A stretch of DNA of 64,000 nt from an uncultured Eubacteriaceae bacterium (GCA_964581565.1 CAZOOZ010000010.1:1239-65238); one strand, 5' to 3'. Positions 9,901 through 20,229 are shown, counted from the first letter of the stretch. Notes: a model not told the origin generated them from the sequence alone. Made by a program: numbers and translations.

Positions 9901-10458
9901 ATTTATTCCCTCCAATTTATAAAATTAAATATAATAGAACGAGTAATTGTAACTTGTTTTTTTTAATAACTAAAAGGATCTTGTTCGATTACTTAATCAT
10001 CTTTATATAATACACCTAATTAATACTGCCTTCAAATATGTCTTTACTATATCGTTATCGTAACCCACTTTATTACTTCTTCAGAACTACATTTTTACGT
10101 CATATGGTAAGTACCTAAACTTGTACTAAATTGCCCTTCTTTGTTGCTTTTATATACCAATATTTATATGTTATATGTATTATTTGAAAGTATAGCATAT
10201 AAATTACGAGAATATAATATATGCTGCAACTGTTCAAGCATGGATCAGAGACCGCAATTTAGAATAAATACATAGACAATGCTCATCTATCTGCTTACTT
10301 AAATATCCGATGCTATATTTAAAAGAGTATTTTTATATATAATGTAGGAGCAATTTCTGCATTCTAAAATGAGTTAGAAACGTACCTGCATCCCTCTTTT
10401 GTCGATGTCAGAAAAAATGCTGTTTAGCAAACTCAATAAAAACATTGCACATATATAT

Positions 10459-12612
10459 CTACTGTTTTGCCTGCTTCATCGAAAGGGATATGCGCTTCTT
10501 CTGCGCATCCACCGCCAAGACCATAACTTCGACAACATCTCCGACAGATACTATTTCCGAAGGATGGCGGATGAATTTGTTCGCAATCTCAGAGATGTGA
10601 ACAAGCCCGTCCTGATGCACACCGATATCCACAAAAACTCCGAAATCAATGACGTTGCGCACCGTACCGCTCAGGATCATATCGGGTACAAGATCCGTCA
10701 TATCCATAACGTTTGTGCGCAACATGGCAGCAGGCAGCTCCTCGCGAGGGTCACGACCGGGTTTCATAAGTTCTTTTACGATATCTTTGAGCGTCGGGAT
10801 GCCGACCGCGCATTCGCCCGCAGCCTTGGCTTCGCCATAGCTTTTCACTCGCTCTAAAAGCTCCGAGATCTTCCCATCCGCCACATCCCGGAGTGTATAG
10901 CCACACAACGCAATAAGCTTTTTTGCAGCAGCATAGCTTTCAGGATGCACCCCTGTATTATCCAGCACTGATTTGCTTTCGGGCACGCGCAAAAAGCCCG
11001 CGCATTGTTCATATGCCTTCGGACCTAGCTTAGGCACCTTTAAAAGCTGCTTGCGCGAAGCGAATATGCCGTTTTCCTCGCGGTAGAGGACAATGTTTTT
11101 CGCAGTACTGCCATTCAATCCGGAAACCCGCTGAAGCAGAGAGTACGAAGCGGTGTTCACATCGACACCCACTGCGTTGACACAGTCCTCCACCACATCA
11201 GAAAGTGCTTCATCAAGTCTTTTTTGCGGCATATCATGCTGATACTGACCTACACCTATTGCCTTGGGATCGATCTTCACAAGCTCCGCCAGCGGATCCT
11301 GCATCCTTCGCGCTATGGATATAGCAGAACGCAGATTTACATCGTACTGCGGCAACTCCTGTGCCGCAAGCTTGGATGCAGAATACACGGAGGCACCCGC
11401 TTCATTGACTATCATGTAGTCTACGCCCGGCGTGCCGGCAATAAGTTCGCAAGTCATCTGCTCGGTTTCGCGCGAAGCTGTGCCGTTTCCAATGGCAATA
11501 TGCTCTACCTTATGTTTATTGATCACTCTTTGCAAAGCGGCGATCGCTTCCATTTTTTGGCGGTCACCATAAGTGGGATATACCACAGCAGTATCCAGAA
11601 TCTTGCCCGTACCATCCACCACAGCAACCTTGCATCCGTTACGGTAACCCGGGTCAAGCCCCATTGTGACATGACCCTTTATGGGCGGTTGCATTAAAAG
11701 AGGCTTTAAGTTAAGCGAAAAATTGTGTATCGCGCCCTCTGAGGCGGTATCGGTCAGCGTGCCGCGCATCTCGCGCTCTATAGAGGGAAAAATCAGACGG
11801 TCATATCCGTCCTGTGCCGCACAACGAACAAACTCGGATGCGCTTGAGCCGGGCTTGACAAGCATATCCCATACAAGTCCCAATGCCTGCTCTCTTTCTA
11901 TCTGCACCGAGACCTTAAGAAATCCCTCTTTTTCACCACGGTTAATCGCCAGTATCTGGTGTCCCTGCATCAGCGAAAAAAGCTTTTCAAACTTATAATA
12001 AAGACTGTAGAGCGAATCATCATCTTTTTCCGCAGCAGTAATCAGATATCCCTTGCTCATGATTAGCTCGCGGAGCCGGCGTCTCACATCTGCGTTATCT
12101 GCCACTGTCTCCGCCACTATGTCCGATGCACCCGCAAGCGCGTCTTGCGCATTCTCCACTCCCTTTTCCACATCTATGTACTCTGCGGCAAGCTCCGTTA
12201 TATCGGGCAAGTCTCTGCTCTGCCCGAACAGCATCATGGCAAGCGGCTCAAGTCCTTTTTCCTTTGCAATGGTGGCGCGGGTGCGCCGCTTTTGCTTAAA
12301 CGGGCGGTAGATATCCTCCACCTCCGCAAGCGTTTGCGCAGCATCTATTTTGGCAGTCAGCTCTTCTGTGAGCTTATCCTGGGCTTTAATCGCCTTCTTA
12401 ACCTCTTGACGACGTTCCTCAAGATTTCGCAGATAGTTAAGCCTATCTGCCAGGCGACGAAGCACCGTATCGTCCATCGCTGCATGCATTTCTTTACGGT
12501 AACGTGCGATAAACGGAATGGTATTCCCTTCATCGATGAGATCTATGACATTTTTGATGTGTTCTTCATTTTTATTGAGTTCTTCTGCAAGTATCCTGAC
12601 AATGCTTTCCAT
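10459..12612 (-). CDS. tex: Tex-like transcription accessory protein with S1 RNA-binding domain
   Basis: 717 aa. N-terminal TIPFIARYRKE, YqgF-like core, and a C-terminal S1 domain (GTVRNVIDFGVFVDIG). Confidence 0.9.
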   Translation of the reverse strand: MESIVRILAEELNKNEEHIKNVIDLIDEGNTIPFIARYRKEMHAAMDDTVLRRLADRLNYLRNLEERRQEVKKAIKAQDKLTEELTAKIDAAQTLAEVEDIYRPFKQKRRTRATIAKEKGLEPLAMMLFGQSRDLPDITELAAEYIDVEKGVENAQDALAGASDIVAETVADNADVRRRLRELIMSKGYLITAAEKDDDSLYSLYYKFEKLFSLMQGHQILAINRGEKEGFLKVSVQIEREQALGLVWDMLVKPGSSASEFVRCAAQDGYDRLIFPSIEREMRGTLTDTASEGAIHNFSLNLKPLLMQPPIKGHVTMGLDPGYRNGCKVAVVDGTGKILDTAVVYPTYGDRQKMEAIAALQRVINKHKVEHIAIGNGTASRETEQMTCELIAGTPGVDYMIVNEAGASVYSASKLAAQELPQYDVNLRSAISIARRMQDPLAELVKIDPKAIGVGQYQHDMPQKRLDEALSDVVEDCVNAVGVDVNTASYSLLQRVSGLNGSTAKNIVLYREENGIFASRKQLLKVPKLGPKAYEQCAGFLRVPESKSVLDNTGVHPESYAAAKKLIALCGYTLRDVADGKISELLERVKSYGEAKAAGECAVGIPTLKDIVKELMKPGRDPREELPAAMLRTNVMDMTDLVPDMILSGTVRNVIDFGVFVDIGVHQDGLVHISEIANKFIRHPSEIVSVGDVVEVMVLAVDAQKKRISLSMKQAKQ

Positions 12613-12778
12613 CTGTGCTCCTTAATTAAAGCTGAATATCGTAATTATGGGGCTCCTCTACAAAAAATCCATACGCAGCCCCATCGCTTTCATATTTGAT
12701 ATAATTGTACCATTATTACTCTTGGGATGAAACAAAAATGGATATTAAAAATACTGCCATCTCTTTGATTTTCACAAA

Positions 12779-12810
12779 TAAAAAATATATCCCGCTAGGG
12801 ATATATTCGA
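12779..12810 (-). terminator. Rho-independent terminator after ychF
   Basis: On the minus strand: ATATATCCC-TAGC-GGGATATAT followed by TTTTTTAT. Confidence 0.7.
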
Positions 12811-12840
12811 ACTTATTGATTTATTATTAATTTAAATAGC

Positions 12841-13935
12841 TTAGACGTTAAATCTAAAATAAATAACATCTCCGTCTTTGACGATATAGTCTTTGCCTTC
12901 TATTCTTACATAGCCCAGTTCTTTTGCTTTGCTTTCGCTTTGCACTTCGAGTAATTTAACGATATCAGTCACTTCCGCGCGAATAAATCCTCGTTCTATA
13001 TCGCTGTGGATTTTCCCCGCCGCTTTCGGGGCTTTTGTGCCTTGTTCAATTGTCCATGCTTTTACTTCATCTTCACCTGCGGTGAAAAAAGTTACCAAAT
13101 CTAATAGTTGATAGCCTGCCCGGATAATTTTATCCAGCCCGGTACTCTCAAATCCCAGTTCTTTTAGATAGGCCAGTTTTTCTTCTTCATCAAAAGAAGA
13201 CAATTCCTGTTCTATTTTAGCCGATACTTTCACAAGCGGCGCTTTTGGATCGTATTCTTTTAGATATTCTTTCAGTTCAAGATAATGCTCACTATCGGTA
13301 TTTGCTTCGTCTTCCGCCACATTGGCAATATACATAAACGGTTTTAACGTGATAAGATCCAGACTTTCTGCCACTTGTGTTTCTTCTTCGCTTAACTCAC
13401 ATTTTGAAGCAAGTCTGCCTCCAAGCAATGTTTCTTTTATTTTTTCCAGCAGCTCAAGCAGCTCTTTTTGCCCTTTTTCGTTGGCCTTTACTGCTTTCTG
13501 CACCTTTGCTATTCTTCTCTCAAGCATATCAAGATCGGATAGTATCAGCTCATAATGAACAATCTCTATATCACCGATCGGGTCTATTTTGTCCATCACA
13601 TGTATGATATTCTCATCCTCATAACATCGTATCACATGCGCACACGCGTTCATCTGACGAATATGTGACAAAAACTGATTACCTAGCCCTTCACCCTTGC
13701 TCGCATTTTTTACAAGCCCTGCGATATCGACAAAATTCACGGTCGTGTATGTAGTTTTTTTGGGATGATACATTTCAGAGAGCATATCGACACGACTGTC
13801 GGGAACTTTTACGACACCCAAATTTGGCTCGATTGTGCAGAAAGGAAAGTTTTCCGCCGGTGCTTCCGATTTTGTCAGTGCGTTAAACAGTGTGCTTTTC
13901 CCCGCATTGGGCAGCCCGATGATTCCAATTTTCAT
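12841..13935 (-). CDS. ychF: Redox-regulated / ribosome-binding ATPase YchF
   Basis: 364 aa, P-loop GLPNAGKST, C-terminal TGS-like end. Confidence 0.92.
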   Translation of the reverse strand: MKIGIIGLPNAGKSTLFNALTKSEAPAENFPFCTIEPNLGVVKVPDSRVDMLSEMYHPKKTTYTTVNFVDIAGLVKNASKGEGLGNQFLSHIRQMNACAHVIRCYEDENIIHVMDKIDPIGDIEIVHYELILSDLDMLERRIAKVQKAVKANEKGQKELLELLEKIKETLLGGRLASKCELSEEETQVAESLDLITLKPFMYIANVAEDEANTDSEHYLELKEYLKEYDPKAPLVKVSAKIEQELSSFDEEEKLAYLKELGFESTGLDKIIRAGYQLLDLVTFFTAGEDEVKAWTIEQGTKAPKAAGKIHSDIERGFIRAEVTDIVKLLEVQSESKAKELGYVRIEGKDYIVKDGDVIYFRFNV

Positions 13936-13976
13936 ACCTTAACTCCTGTTGCTTTGTATTTTTTGTTATTGAAAAA

Positions 13977-16148
13977 TTACTCCTCTTTTTTGTTGTTTTT
14001 CTTATTAAATATCTTATCAAAATAGTGCGACCTGTTACATTCCTCTGTAGGCACATAATCCTTTAAAAAATAGACTGTTTCCTTGTATTCCTCAGGGCAT
14101 TTTCCTTCGACAAATAATTTACCGGATGAAGAATCTATAGTCACTTTTTCGACAATAGCATCCTCGTAATAGCTGTATTCCGACTGCGGGATGCAGATTG
14201 TTTCAATTTCATCTTCGTTGAAATACACTTTCCCTTCATTTAAAGCAGAAGTTTGCGCAATTGTGATATCGATAAGCGCAGTTGCGTTATCCTCTTCCTC
14301 GGCGTTTTCATTGAGCTTTTCCAATATGCCGTCATCTACGATTGAATTCATGTATTTACCAAAAGCATATGCGCTGTAAGCGCTGGAACCTCCGATGACT
14401 TCCATATCCAGATTACCTATCCACACAGCTGTGCTGAGTCCGCCGCAGTATCCCACAAACCACAAATCTTTTTTGTCTTCCGTTGTGCCTGTTTTGCCTG
14501 CTGCATGATACCCGTAAACACGGGCTGCCGTGCCGGTACCATAAGAAACCACATCACGCAGGATACTGTTCATCGTATCGGCTGTGCTTTGCTGAAGCAC
14601 CCTTGTTTGGCTCAGATCAGTATCATTGACATTGTATATCTCTATTCCGTCATTATCTACAATTCTCTCAATGCAATAGCTCTCATTGATTATTCCGCCG
14701 TTGGCAAACGCCCCGTAAGCGCTGGCCATTTCTCTTGGTTTTACGCCGTAGGTGAGGCCTCCGAGCGCCGAGGCTAAATTATAGTCCGTATCTTCTATTG
14801 TTGTAATGCCAAAAGATTTTATAGCCGCCATTGAATTATCCACGCCGTATTCATCGAATACTTTAACGGACGGTATATTTCTTGAATGAACCAAAGCACT
14901 CCGAACGCTTATCCATCCCCAGTATCCGCCCTCGTAATTTTTGGGCGTGTAGTCTCCCCAGGATGTGCGTGTATCATTGACCACAGTTCTTGACGTGATA
15001 TATCCGTCATCAATCGCCTTTGAATAATATAAAGGTTTGATCGATGAACCCGGCTGTCTTGAAGAATTTGCCATATCGATTTGCGTATTTCCTCCGTAGT
15101 AGGCACGAATCTGCCCTGTAGTATAATCGATACTCACCACAGCGCCCGTAGCCTTACTGCTGATGCCGTACCGCTTGAGTGTGCTGTTAAGGCTGGAGAC
15201 CGCAGTCTTTTGAGCATCATAATTAAGCGTGGTATAAATTGTAACCCCGTCATAATTCAGATACTTTTGGGCAAGCAGCTTTGCGCTTTCATAATCCATG
15301 GAATATTTTTCTTCCAGCACAGGGATAAACTTCTCATAGTATTCGTCAATAACACAGTCAACAAAGGCATTGCAATTTTCTTTTGTAGTACTGCTAACAC
15401 TCCCCGAATCATCGGAGAGTGTTATTTCCGTATTTTTTATTTCTTCTGCCTGCTCTTGGGTGATATATCCCTCATCTACCATGGCATCGATGACGATATG
15501 CTGCCGCTCAATTGCTTCGTCATAATGATCAAACGGGCAATACGCGCTCGGCGCCTGAAAGAGCCCGGCCAGTAAAGTGCATTCGGCAGTGTTCATATCT
15601 TTTGCGTCTTTATCAAAATAGGTTCTGCTTGCTTCCTGCACGCCATACGTGCCGGCACCGAGATACATCTGATTGATATAAATTTCTAAAATTTCTTCTT
15701 TCGTAAAGACATTTTCCATTTTTATGGCTAAAATAGCCTCGTTTATTTTTCTGACATATGATTTTTCATCTGTTAAAAAGAGCCGTTTCACAACCTGCTG
15801 TGTGATGGTGCTGGCTCCTTCGCCGTATATATCGCCACTGGCGATATTACTCACCATTGCCCGCAGGATACCTTTGATGCTGATACCGTGATGGGTAAAA
15901 AACGACCTGTCCTCAACCGATATAACGGCATTGATGAAATCCTGCGGCACATCTTCCAAATCCACATAGGTTCTGTTTTCATCGTATACCTCCGATAAAA
16001 GCACGTCGTCTGATGAATAGATCAGCGTTTTTCCTTTCGGGTCATATTGGTAAGATGCTACATCTATATCCATCGCCGCACAACCAAAGAGTGTGCAAAT
16101 ACTAAGTAACAATATTGTAAATACAGTAATTTTTAATTTTTTTTTCAT
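13977..16148 (-). CDS. Class A penicillin-binding protein (glycosyltransferase + transpeptidase)
   Basis: GT51 motif EDRSFFTHHGI. Transpeptidase SxxK (SSIKP), SxN (SRN) and KTG (KTGT). N-terminal signal/anchor. Confidence 0.9.
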   Translation of the reverse strand: MKKKLKITVFTILLLSICTLFGCAAMDIDVASYQYDPKGKTLIYSSDDVLLSEVYDENRTYVDLEDVPQDFINAVISVEDRSFFTHHGISIKGILRAMVSNIASGDIYGEGASTITQQVVKRLFLTDEKSYVRKINEAILAIKMENVFTKEEILEIYINQMYLGAGTYGVQEASRTYFDKDAKDMNTAECTLLAGLFQAPSAYCPFDHYDEAIERQHIVIDAMVDEGYITQEQAEEIKNTEITLSDDSGSVSSTTKENCNAFVDCVIDEYYEKFIPVLEEKYSMDYESAKLLAQKYLNYDGVTIYTTLNYDAQKTAVSSLNSTLKRYGISSKATGAVVSIDYTTGQIRAYYGGNTQIDMANSSRQPGSSIKPLYYSKAIDDGYITSRTVVNDTRTSWGDYTPKNYEGGYWGWISVRSALVHSRNIPSVKVFDEYGVDNSMAAIKSFGITTIEDTDYNLASALGGLTYGVKPREMASAYGAFANGGIINESYCIERIVDNDGIEIYNVNDTDLSQTRVLQQSTADTMNSILRDVVSYGTGTAARVYGYHAAGKTGTTEDKKDLWFVGYCGGLSTAVWIGNLDMEVIGGSSAYSAYAFGKYMNSIVDDGILEKLNENAEEEDNATALIDITIAQTSALNEGKVYFNEDEIETICIPQSEYSYYEDAIVEKVTIDSSSGKLFVEGKCPEEYKETVYFLKDYVPTEECNRSHYFDKIFNKKNNKKEE

Positions 16149-16164
16149 AATATTTCTCTAAACT

Positions 16165-17061
16165 TTATCTATCAAATATTTTCTTTATGTCGTCGGCTAC
16201 CGGCGCCGTATATTTTCGATATTGCTTTGTCCGTGGATGCACGAAGCCTATGCTCAGCGCATGAAGGGCTTGTCTGTTTATTATATCACTTTTTTCATTA
16301 TAAAGACTATCCCCGAGCAGAGGATGGTTGAAATATTTCATATGCACTCTGATTTGATGCGTTCTGCCTGTATGCAGGATAATTTTTATAAGCGTGAGAT
16401 TGTCCAGTGTTTTTATAACTTCAAATTCCGTTATGCTCTCTTTTCCAAACTCATTGACTTCTCTTGTGATTTTATCTTCCAGCGCTCTGCCGACAGGTGC
16501 CCGGATGATGCCTTTTTGCTCCTTTATGACACCTTTTACGATTGCAATATAAATTTTTTCAACTTTGCCTTCAAGCATTTGCTGTTGAATAAAGTGATGA
16601 GAATATTTATTTTTTGCGACCAGCACAATGCCTGAGGTATCCATATCCAATCGATTGACAAAGCGCGCCTTGCAGATAAGGTTCTTTTGTTCAAACATAT
16701 GATAAATGCCGTTTGCCAGCGTATCTTCCTGATGATAACTTGTCGGATGCGTAATTAAATTCGCCGGTTTGCTGATCAGCAGCACATCATCATCCTCATA
16801 AACAATATCAAAATCTATTTCCACGCTCTTTGCATCGTATTTTTCTATACCAAAATCTATATTGATTTCATCGTTTTCTTTTAAAATATAATTAAATCTT
16901 TCCCTGCCGCCATTGATAAAGATGCTGCCATCTTTTTTAATAGAATTAATAAGCCTGTGCGAATACAAATGCTTTTTCCGAAGAAAATCCACCAGTTTGC
17001 ATCCCTCATCTTCTTTATTTGCCATGTAGATATAATTGTGACAGGTTTGTTTTTTTTGCAT
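16165..17061 (-). CDS. RluA-family 23S rRNA pseudouridine synthase (RluD-like)
   Basis: S4-like N-terminus, and core motifs HRLDMDTSG-type (NRLDMDTSG) and GRTHQIRVH. I placed the start at the ATG at 17061 (MQKK, weak AGGAA SD). The track start at 17130 adds an implausible leader. Confidence 0.8.
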   Translation of the reverse strand: MQKKQTCHNYIYMANKEDEGCKLVDFLRKKHLYSHRLINSIKKDGSIFINGGRERFNYILKENDEINIDFGIEKYDAKSVEIDFDIVYEDDDVLLISKPANLITHPTSYHQEDTLANGIYHMFEQKNLICKARFVNRLDMDTSGIVLVAKNKYSHHFIQQQMLEGKVEKIYIAIVKGVIKEQKGIIRAPVGRALEDKITREVNEFGKESITEFEVIKTLDNLTLIKIILHTGRTHQIRVHMKYFNHPLLGDSLYNEKSDIINRQALHALSIGFVHPRTKQYRKYTAPVADDIKKIFDR

Positions 17062-17545
17062 GCCAAAATTCCTATAAATAAAAAAAGGTATAAAATCTTT
17101 TTGTTTATAACTATATAAACTATTATACAATATACCAAATCCAAAATAATATATTTAATTTCATCAATTACTATGTAGGAAGTGCCCGATTAGCAAGCCC
17201 TATTATTTGATCCCTAGCTAAGGCTAGGTGGGTTATCTGTTTATCGCTTCTGCCTTCCACTGAAAATACGAGGCCTGACATAGGACAACAAAACGCGAAA
17301 TCCCTATTAAAAGATGTAGGTTCAAATATATAGAGCCTAAAGATCGGGTGAAAGAAAAATCTTTCATCTATATTATATCTTATTTTTAAAATCAGGCAAG
17401 TGGAAATATTTACTTTATGCTATAATAACAATATTTTAAATTTTAAATTTGCCTATTGCTTTTTTATATAAATGGTAGTATATTTATACACAATTAAGCA
17501 TAAATATACTTATATTTTAGAATTGATACAGATTAGAGGGTTAAA

Positions 17546-18757
17546 ATGGAAAAAGAAAAGATAGTATTGGCATATTCAGGCGGACTCGACACATCTGCCA
17601 TTATACCATGGTTAAAAGAAAATTATAATTACGATGTGTATGCACTGTGTATCGATATCGGGCAGGGCGCAGAGCTCGAGGACTTGGAAAAACGAGGTTA
17701 TGAATGTGGCGCGAGCTACGTGGAAATAGATCATGCAACAGATGAGCTCGTAGAAGATTACATATTCCCCATGTTAAAATCAGACGCCATGTATGAAAAC
17801 AAATATTTGCTTGGCACCTCAATCGCAAGACCTCTTATTGCAAAAAAATTAGTCGAATTTGCAAAAAGAGTAGGTGCAACGGCAATCTGTCACGGTGCAA
17901 CAGGCAAAGGCAATGACCAAGTGCGTTTCGACCTTGGCATTTGGGCATTGGCTCCGGAAATGAAGATCGTAGCTCCCTGGAGAATATGGAATATCAAAAG
18001 CAGAGAAGATGCGGTTGACTACTGTATCAAACATGATATAAAATTAAATTTACCGGCCAACCAACTCTACAGCCGGGACAAAAATATCTGGCACTTAAGC
18101 CACGAAGGCTTAGAGCTTGAAAATCCGGATACCGCACCCGATTACGACAATCTTCTGATGATGTGCTCAACACCCGAAAAAGCGATCGATAAAGCAGAAA
18201 TACTAACGATTGAATTCATTCAAGGCGTTCCCGTTAAATTAAACGGTACGGAAATGAACGGTACAGACCTCATCTACAAGCTCAATGAAATAGGCGGAAA
18301 GCACGGCGTCGGCGTGATCGACATGGTAGAAAACCGCGTTGTAGGCATGAAGAGCAGGGGCATCTATGAGACCCCCGGCGGCACGATCCTCTACTACGCA
18401 CACAGCGAACTGGAAAGAATATGCCTTGACCGACAGACCTATTCCTTTAAAGCAACCGCTGCTGTTACTTTCTCGGAACTCATTTACAACGGTATGTGGT
18501 TTACTCCTCTGCGAGAAGCAATCAGTGCTTTTATCGATAAAACCCAGGAAAATGTAACAGGTGTTGTAAAACTCAAACTCTACAAAGGCAATATTATTCC
18601 GCAGGGAGTGTCTTCACCTTACTCATTATACAGCGAAGAAATTTCAAGCTTTACAACGGGCACGCTCTATGATCACAAAGATGCCGAAGGATTTATAAAA
18701 TTATACGGGCTTCCACTACGTGTCCGTGCAAGTATGATAAAGAAAAACGAAGGTTAA
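17546..18757 (+). CDS. argG: Argininosuccinate synthase
   Basis: 403 aa, AYSGGLDTS ATP-pyrophosphatase motif, full-length family pattern. Confidence 0.95.
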   Translation: MEKEKIVLAYSGGLDTSAIIPWLKENYNYDVYALCIDIGQGAELEDLEKRGYECGASYVEIDHATDELVEDYIFPMLKSDAMYENKYLLGTSIARPLIAKKLVEFAKRVGATAICHGATGKGNDQVRFDLGIWALAPEMKIVAPWRIWNIKSREDAVDYCIKHDIKLNLPANQLYSRDKNIWHLSHEGLELENPDTAPDYDNLLMMCSTPEKAIDKAEILTIEFIQGVPVKLNGTEMNGTDLIYKLNEIGGKHGVGVIDMVENRVVGMKSRGIYETPGGTILYYAHSELERICLDRQTYSFKATAAVTFSELIYNGMWFTPLREAISAFIDKTQENVTGVVKLKLYKGNIIPQGVSSPYSLYSEEISSFTTGTLYDHKDAEGFIKLYGLPLRVRASMIKKNEG

Positions 18758-18763
18758 TAAATA

Positions 18764-20146
18764 ATGAAATTATGGCAAAACGTGTTTGAAACAGAAATCG
18801 ATAAATTAGCGGATAACTTCAACCGCTCGATTGGTTTTGATAAAATTCTTTATGAATATGATATCAAAGGCACAATCGCACACGTGAGCATGCTCGTCAA
18901 ACAAAATATCATTGGCCAAGAAGACGGCAGACAGATCGCAGCTGCGCTCGAAGAGCTTCTTGACGGTATTAAAGACGGCAAAGTCGCAATCGATGAATCG
19001 TACGAAGATATCCATTCTTTTGTCGAACTCTATCTGACACAAAAAATCGGATCTGTAGCAAAAAAAATGCACACGGGCCGAAGCAGAAACGATCAGGTCG
19101 CCTTAGACATGAAGCTTTATGTTATCGATAAGAGCAGGCAGATAAGCTTTCTCATAAGCGAACTCGTCCAAAAACTGATTGCGAAAGCAGAAGAAAACAT
19201 ATCCGTTATTATGCCGATGTTTACGCATCTGCGCAAAGCACAACCTTCCACTTACGGACATTATCTTTGCGCTTATATTGAAATGTTTTTAAGAGATTTA
19301 AACAGAATATCTACTGTTCACGAAAATTGTATGCAATCTATGCCGCTCGGCAGCGGCGCATGCTGCGGCAATACTTATGACATCGACAGAGGCTTTGTGG
19401 CAAACAAACTCGGCTTTACCGATATCACCTATAACAGCATCGACGGAGTTTCAGACAGGGATTATATTCTTGATATGCTGTACGCTCTTTCAATGATCGT
19501 GATGCATATGAGCAGGTACTGCGAAGAACTTATTATCTTTACCTCCGAGCAATATGGCTTTATGAAAATCTCGGATGCCTTTTGTTCGGGTTCCAGCATG
19601 ATGCCTCAAAAGAAAAATCCTGATATGGCCGAACTCATACGAGGCAAAACAGGCCGCGTCTACGGTGCGCTGACGCAGATGCTCACGACCATGAAAGCAC
19701 AGCCTCTTTCCTATAACAAAGACATGCAGGAAGATAAAGAATGTTTCTTTAACGCAATAGATACGACCATAAAGTGCACACAGATCTTTACGGCTATGGC
19801 TGCAAGCATAACGCTAAACGAAGAAGTAATGTATAACGCCGCAAAAGACAGTTATATTACGGCAGTGGATGCGGCAGATTATTTAAGTAAAAAAGGCCTG
19901 CCCTTCAGAGATGCCTACGCGGCGGCAGCAAAGCTGGTCAATTATTGCATCGATAAAGGTATTTATTTTTATGATTTGACTCTGCAGGAAATGCAGCAAA
20001 TTCATCCAGACTTTGACGAGGGGCTGCTGAGGGCTATCTCGGTAGAAAACTCCATTGCCTTAAGAAAGCAAATAGGCTCTCCCGCACCCGATATGGTACG
20101 TTTCAGTCTGGAAAAATACAAAGAACGTTTAATGAAATTTTTATAG
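18764..20146 (+). CDS. argH: Argininosuccinate lyase
   Basis: 460 aa, fumarate-lyase signature GSSMMPQKKNPD. Confidence 0.95.
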   Translation: MKLWQNVFETEIDKLADNFNRSIGFDKILYEYDIKGTIAHVSMLVKQNIIGQEDGRQIAAALEELLDGIKDGKVAIDESYEDIHSFVELYLTQKIGSVAKKMHTGRSRNDQVALDMKLYVIDKSRQISFLISELVQKLIAKAEENISVIMPMFTHLRKAQPSTYGHYLCAYIEMFLRDLNRISTVHENCMQSMPLGSGACCGNTYDIDRGFVANKLGFTDITYNSIDGVSDRDYILDMLYALSMIVMHMSRYCEELIIFTSEQYGFMKISDAFCSGSSMMPQKKNPDMAELIRGKTGRVYGALTQMLTTMKAQPLSYNKDMQEDKECFFNAIDTTIKCTQIFTAMAASITLNEEVMYNAAKDSYITAVDAADYLSKKGLPFRDAYAAAAKLVNYCIDKGIYFYDLTLQEMQQIHPDFDEGLLRAISVENSIALRKQIGSPAPDMVRFSLEKYKERLMKFL

Positions 20147-20163
20147 ACAACTCATTCTAAAGG

Positions 20164-20189
20164 CCACAGCCTCAAAGCTGTGGTTTTTT
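20164..20189 (+). terminator. Rho-independent terminator of argGH
   Basis: CCACAGC-CTCAAA-GCTGTGG followed by TTTTTT. Confidence 0.8.
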
Positions 20190-20190
20190 A

Positions 20191-20219
20191 TTGACAACAA
20201 AACCGGCAGTAAATATACT
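20191..20219 (+). promoter_or_regulatory. Sigma-A-type promoter (TTGACA-17-TATACT)
   Basis: Consensus -35, exact 17-nt spacer, 5/6 -10. It lies directly after the argH terminator and 11 nt before the first 52-bp repeat. Confidence 0.55.
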
Positions 20220-20229
20220 GTATTTATAC

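Noticed and set aside
10194-10225. 8-bp inverted repeat AGCATATA...TATATGCT in the ORF-free part of the AT-rich islet.
   Set aside because: It is short, and palindromes of this kind are expected by chance at this AT content.
17170-17366. I considered 6S RNA, SRP RNA, tmRNA, RNase P, a known riboswitch or a tRNA (GGTTCAAAT at about 17319) for the GC-richer intergenic island.
   Set aside because: None of the diagnostic motifs I know is present. These are the SRP GGAA-tetraloop domain IV, the RNase P GAGGAAAGTCC box, the tmRNA ends, a tRNA cloverleaf and the T-box GGTGGTACCGCG. I keep it only as an unclassified candidate.
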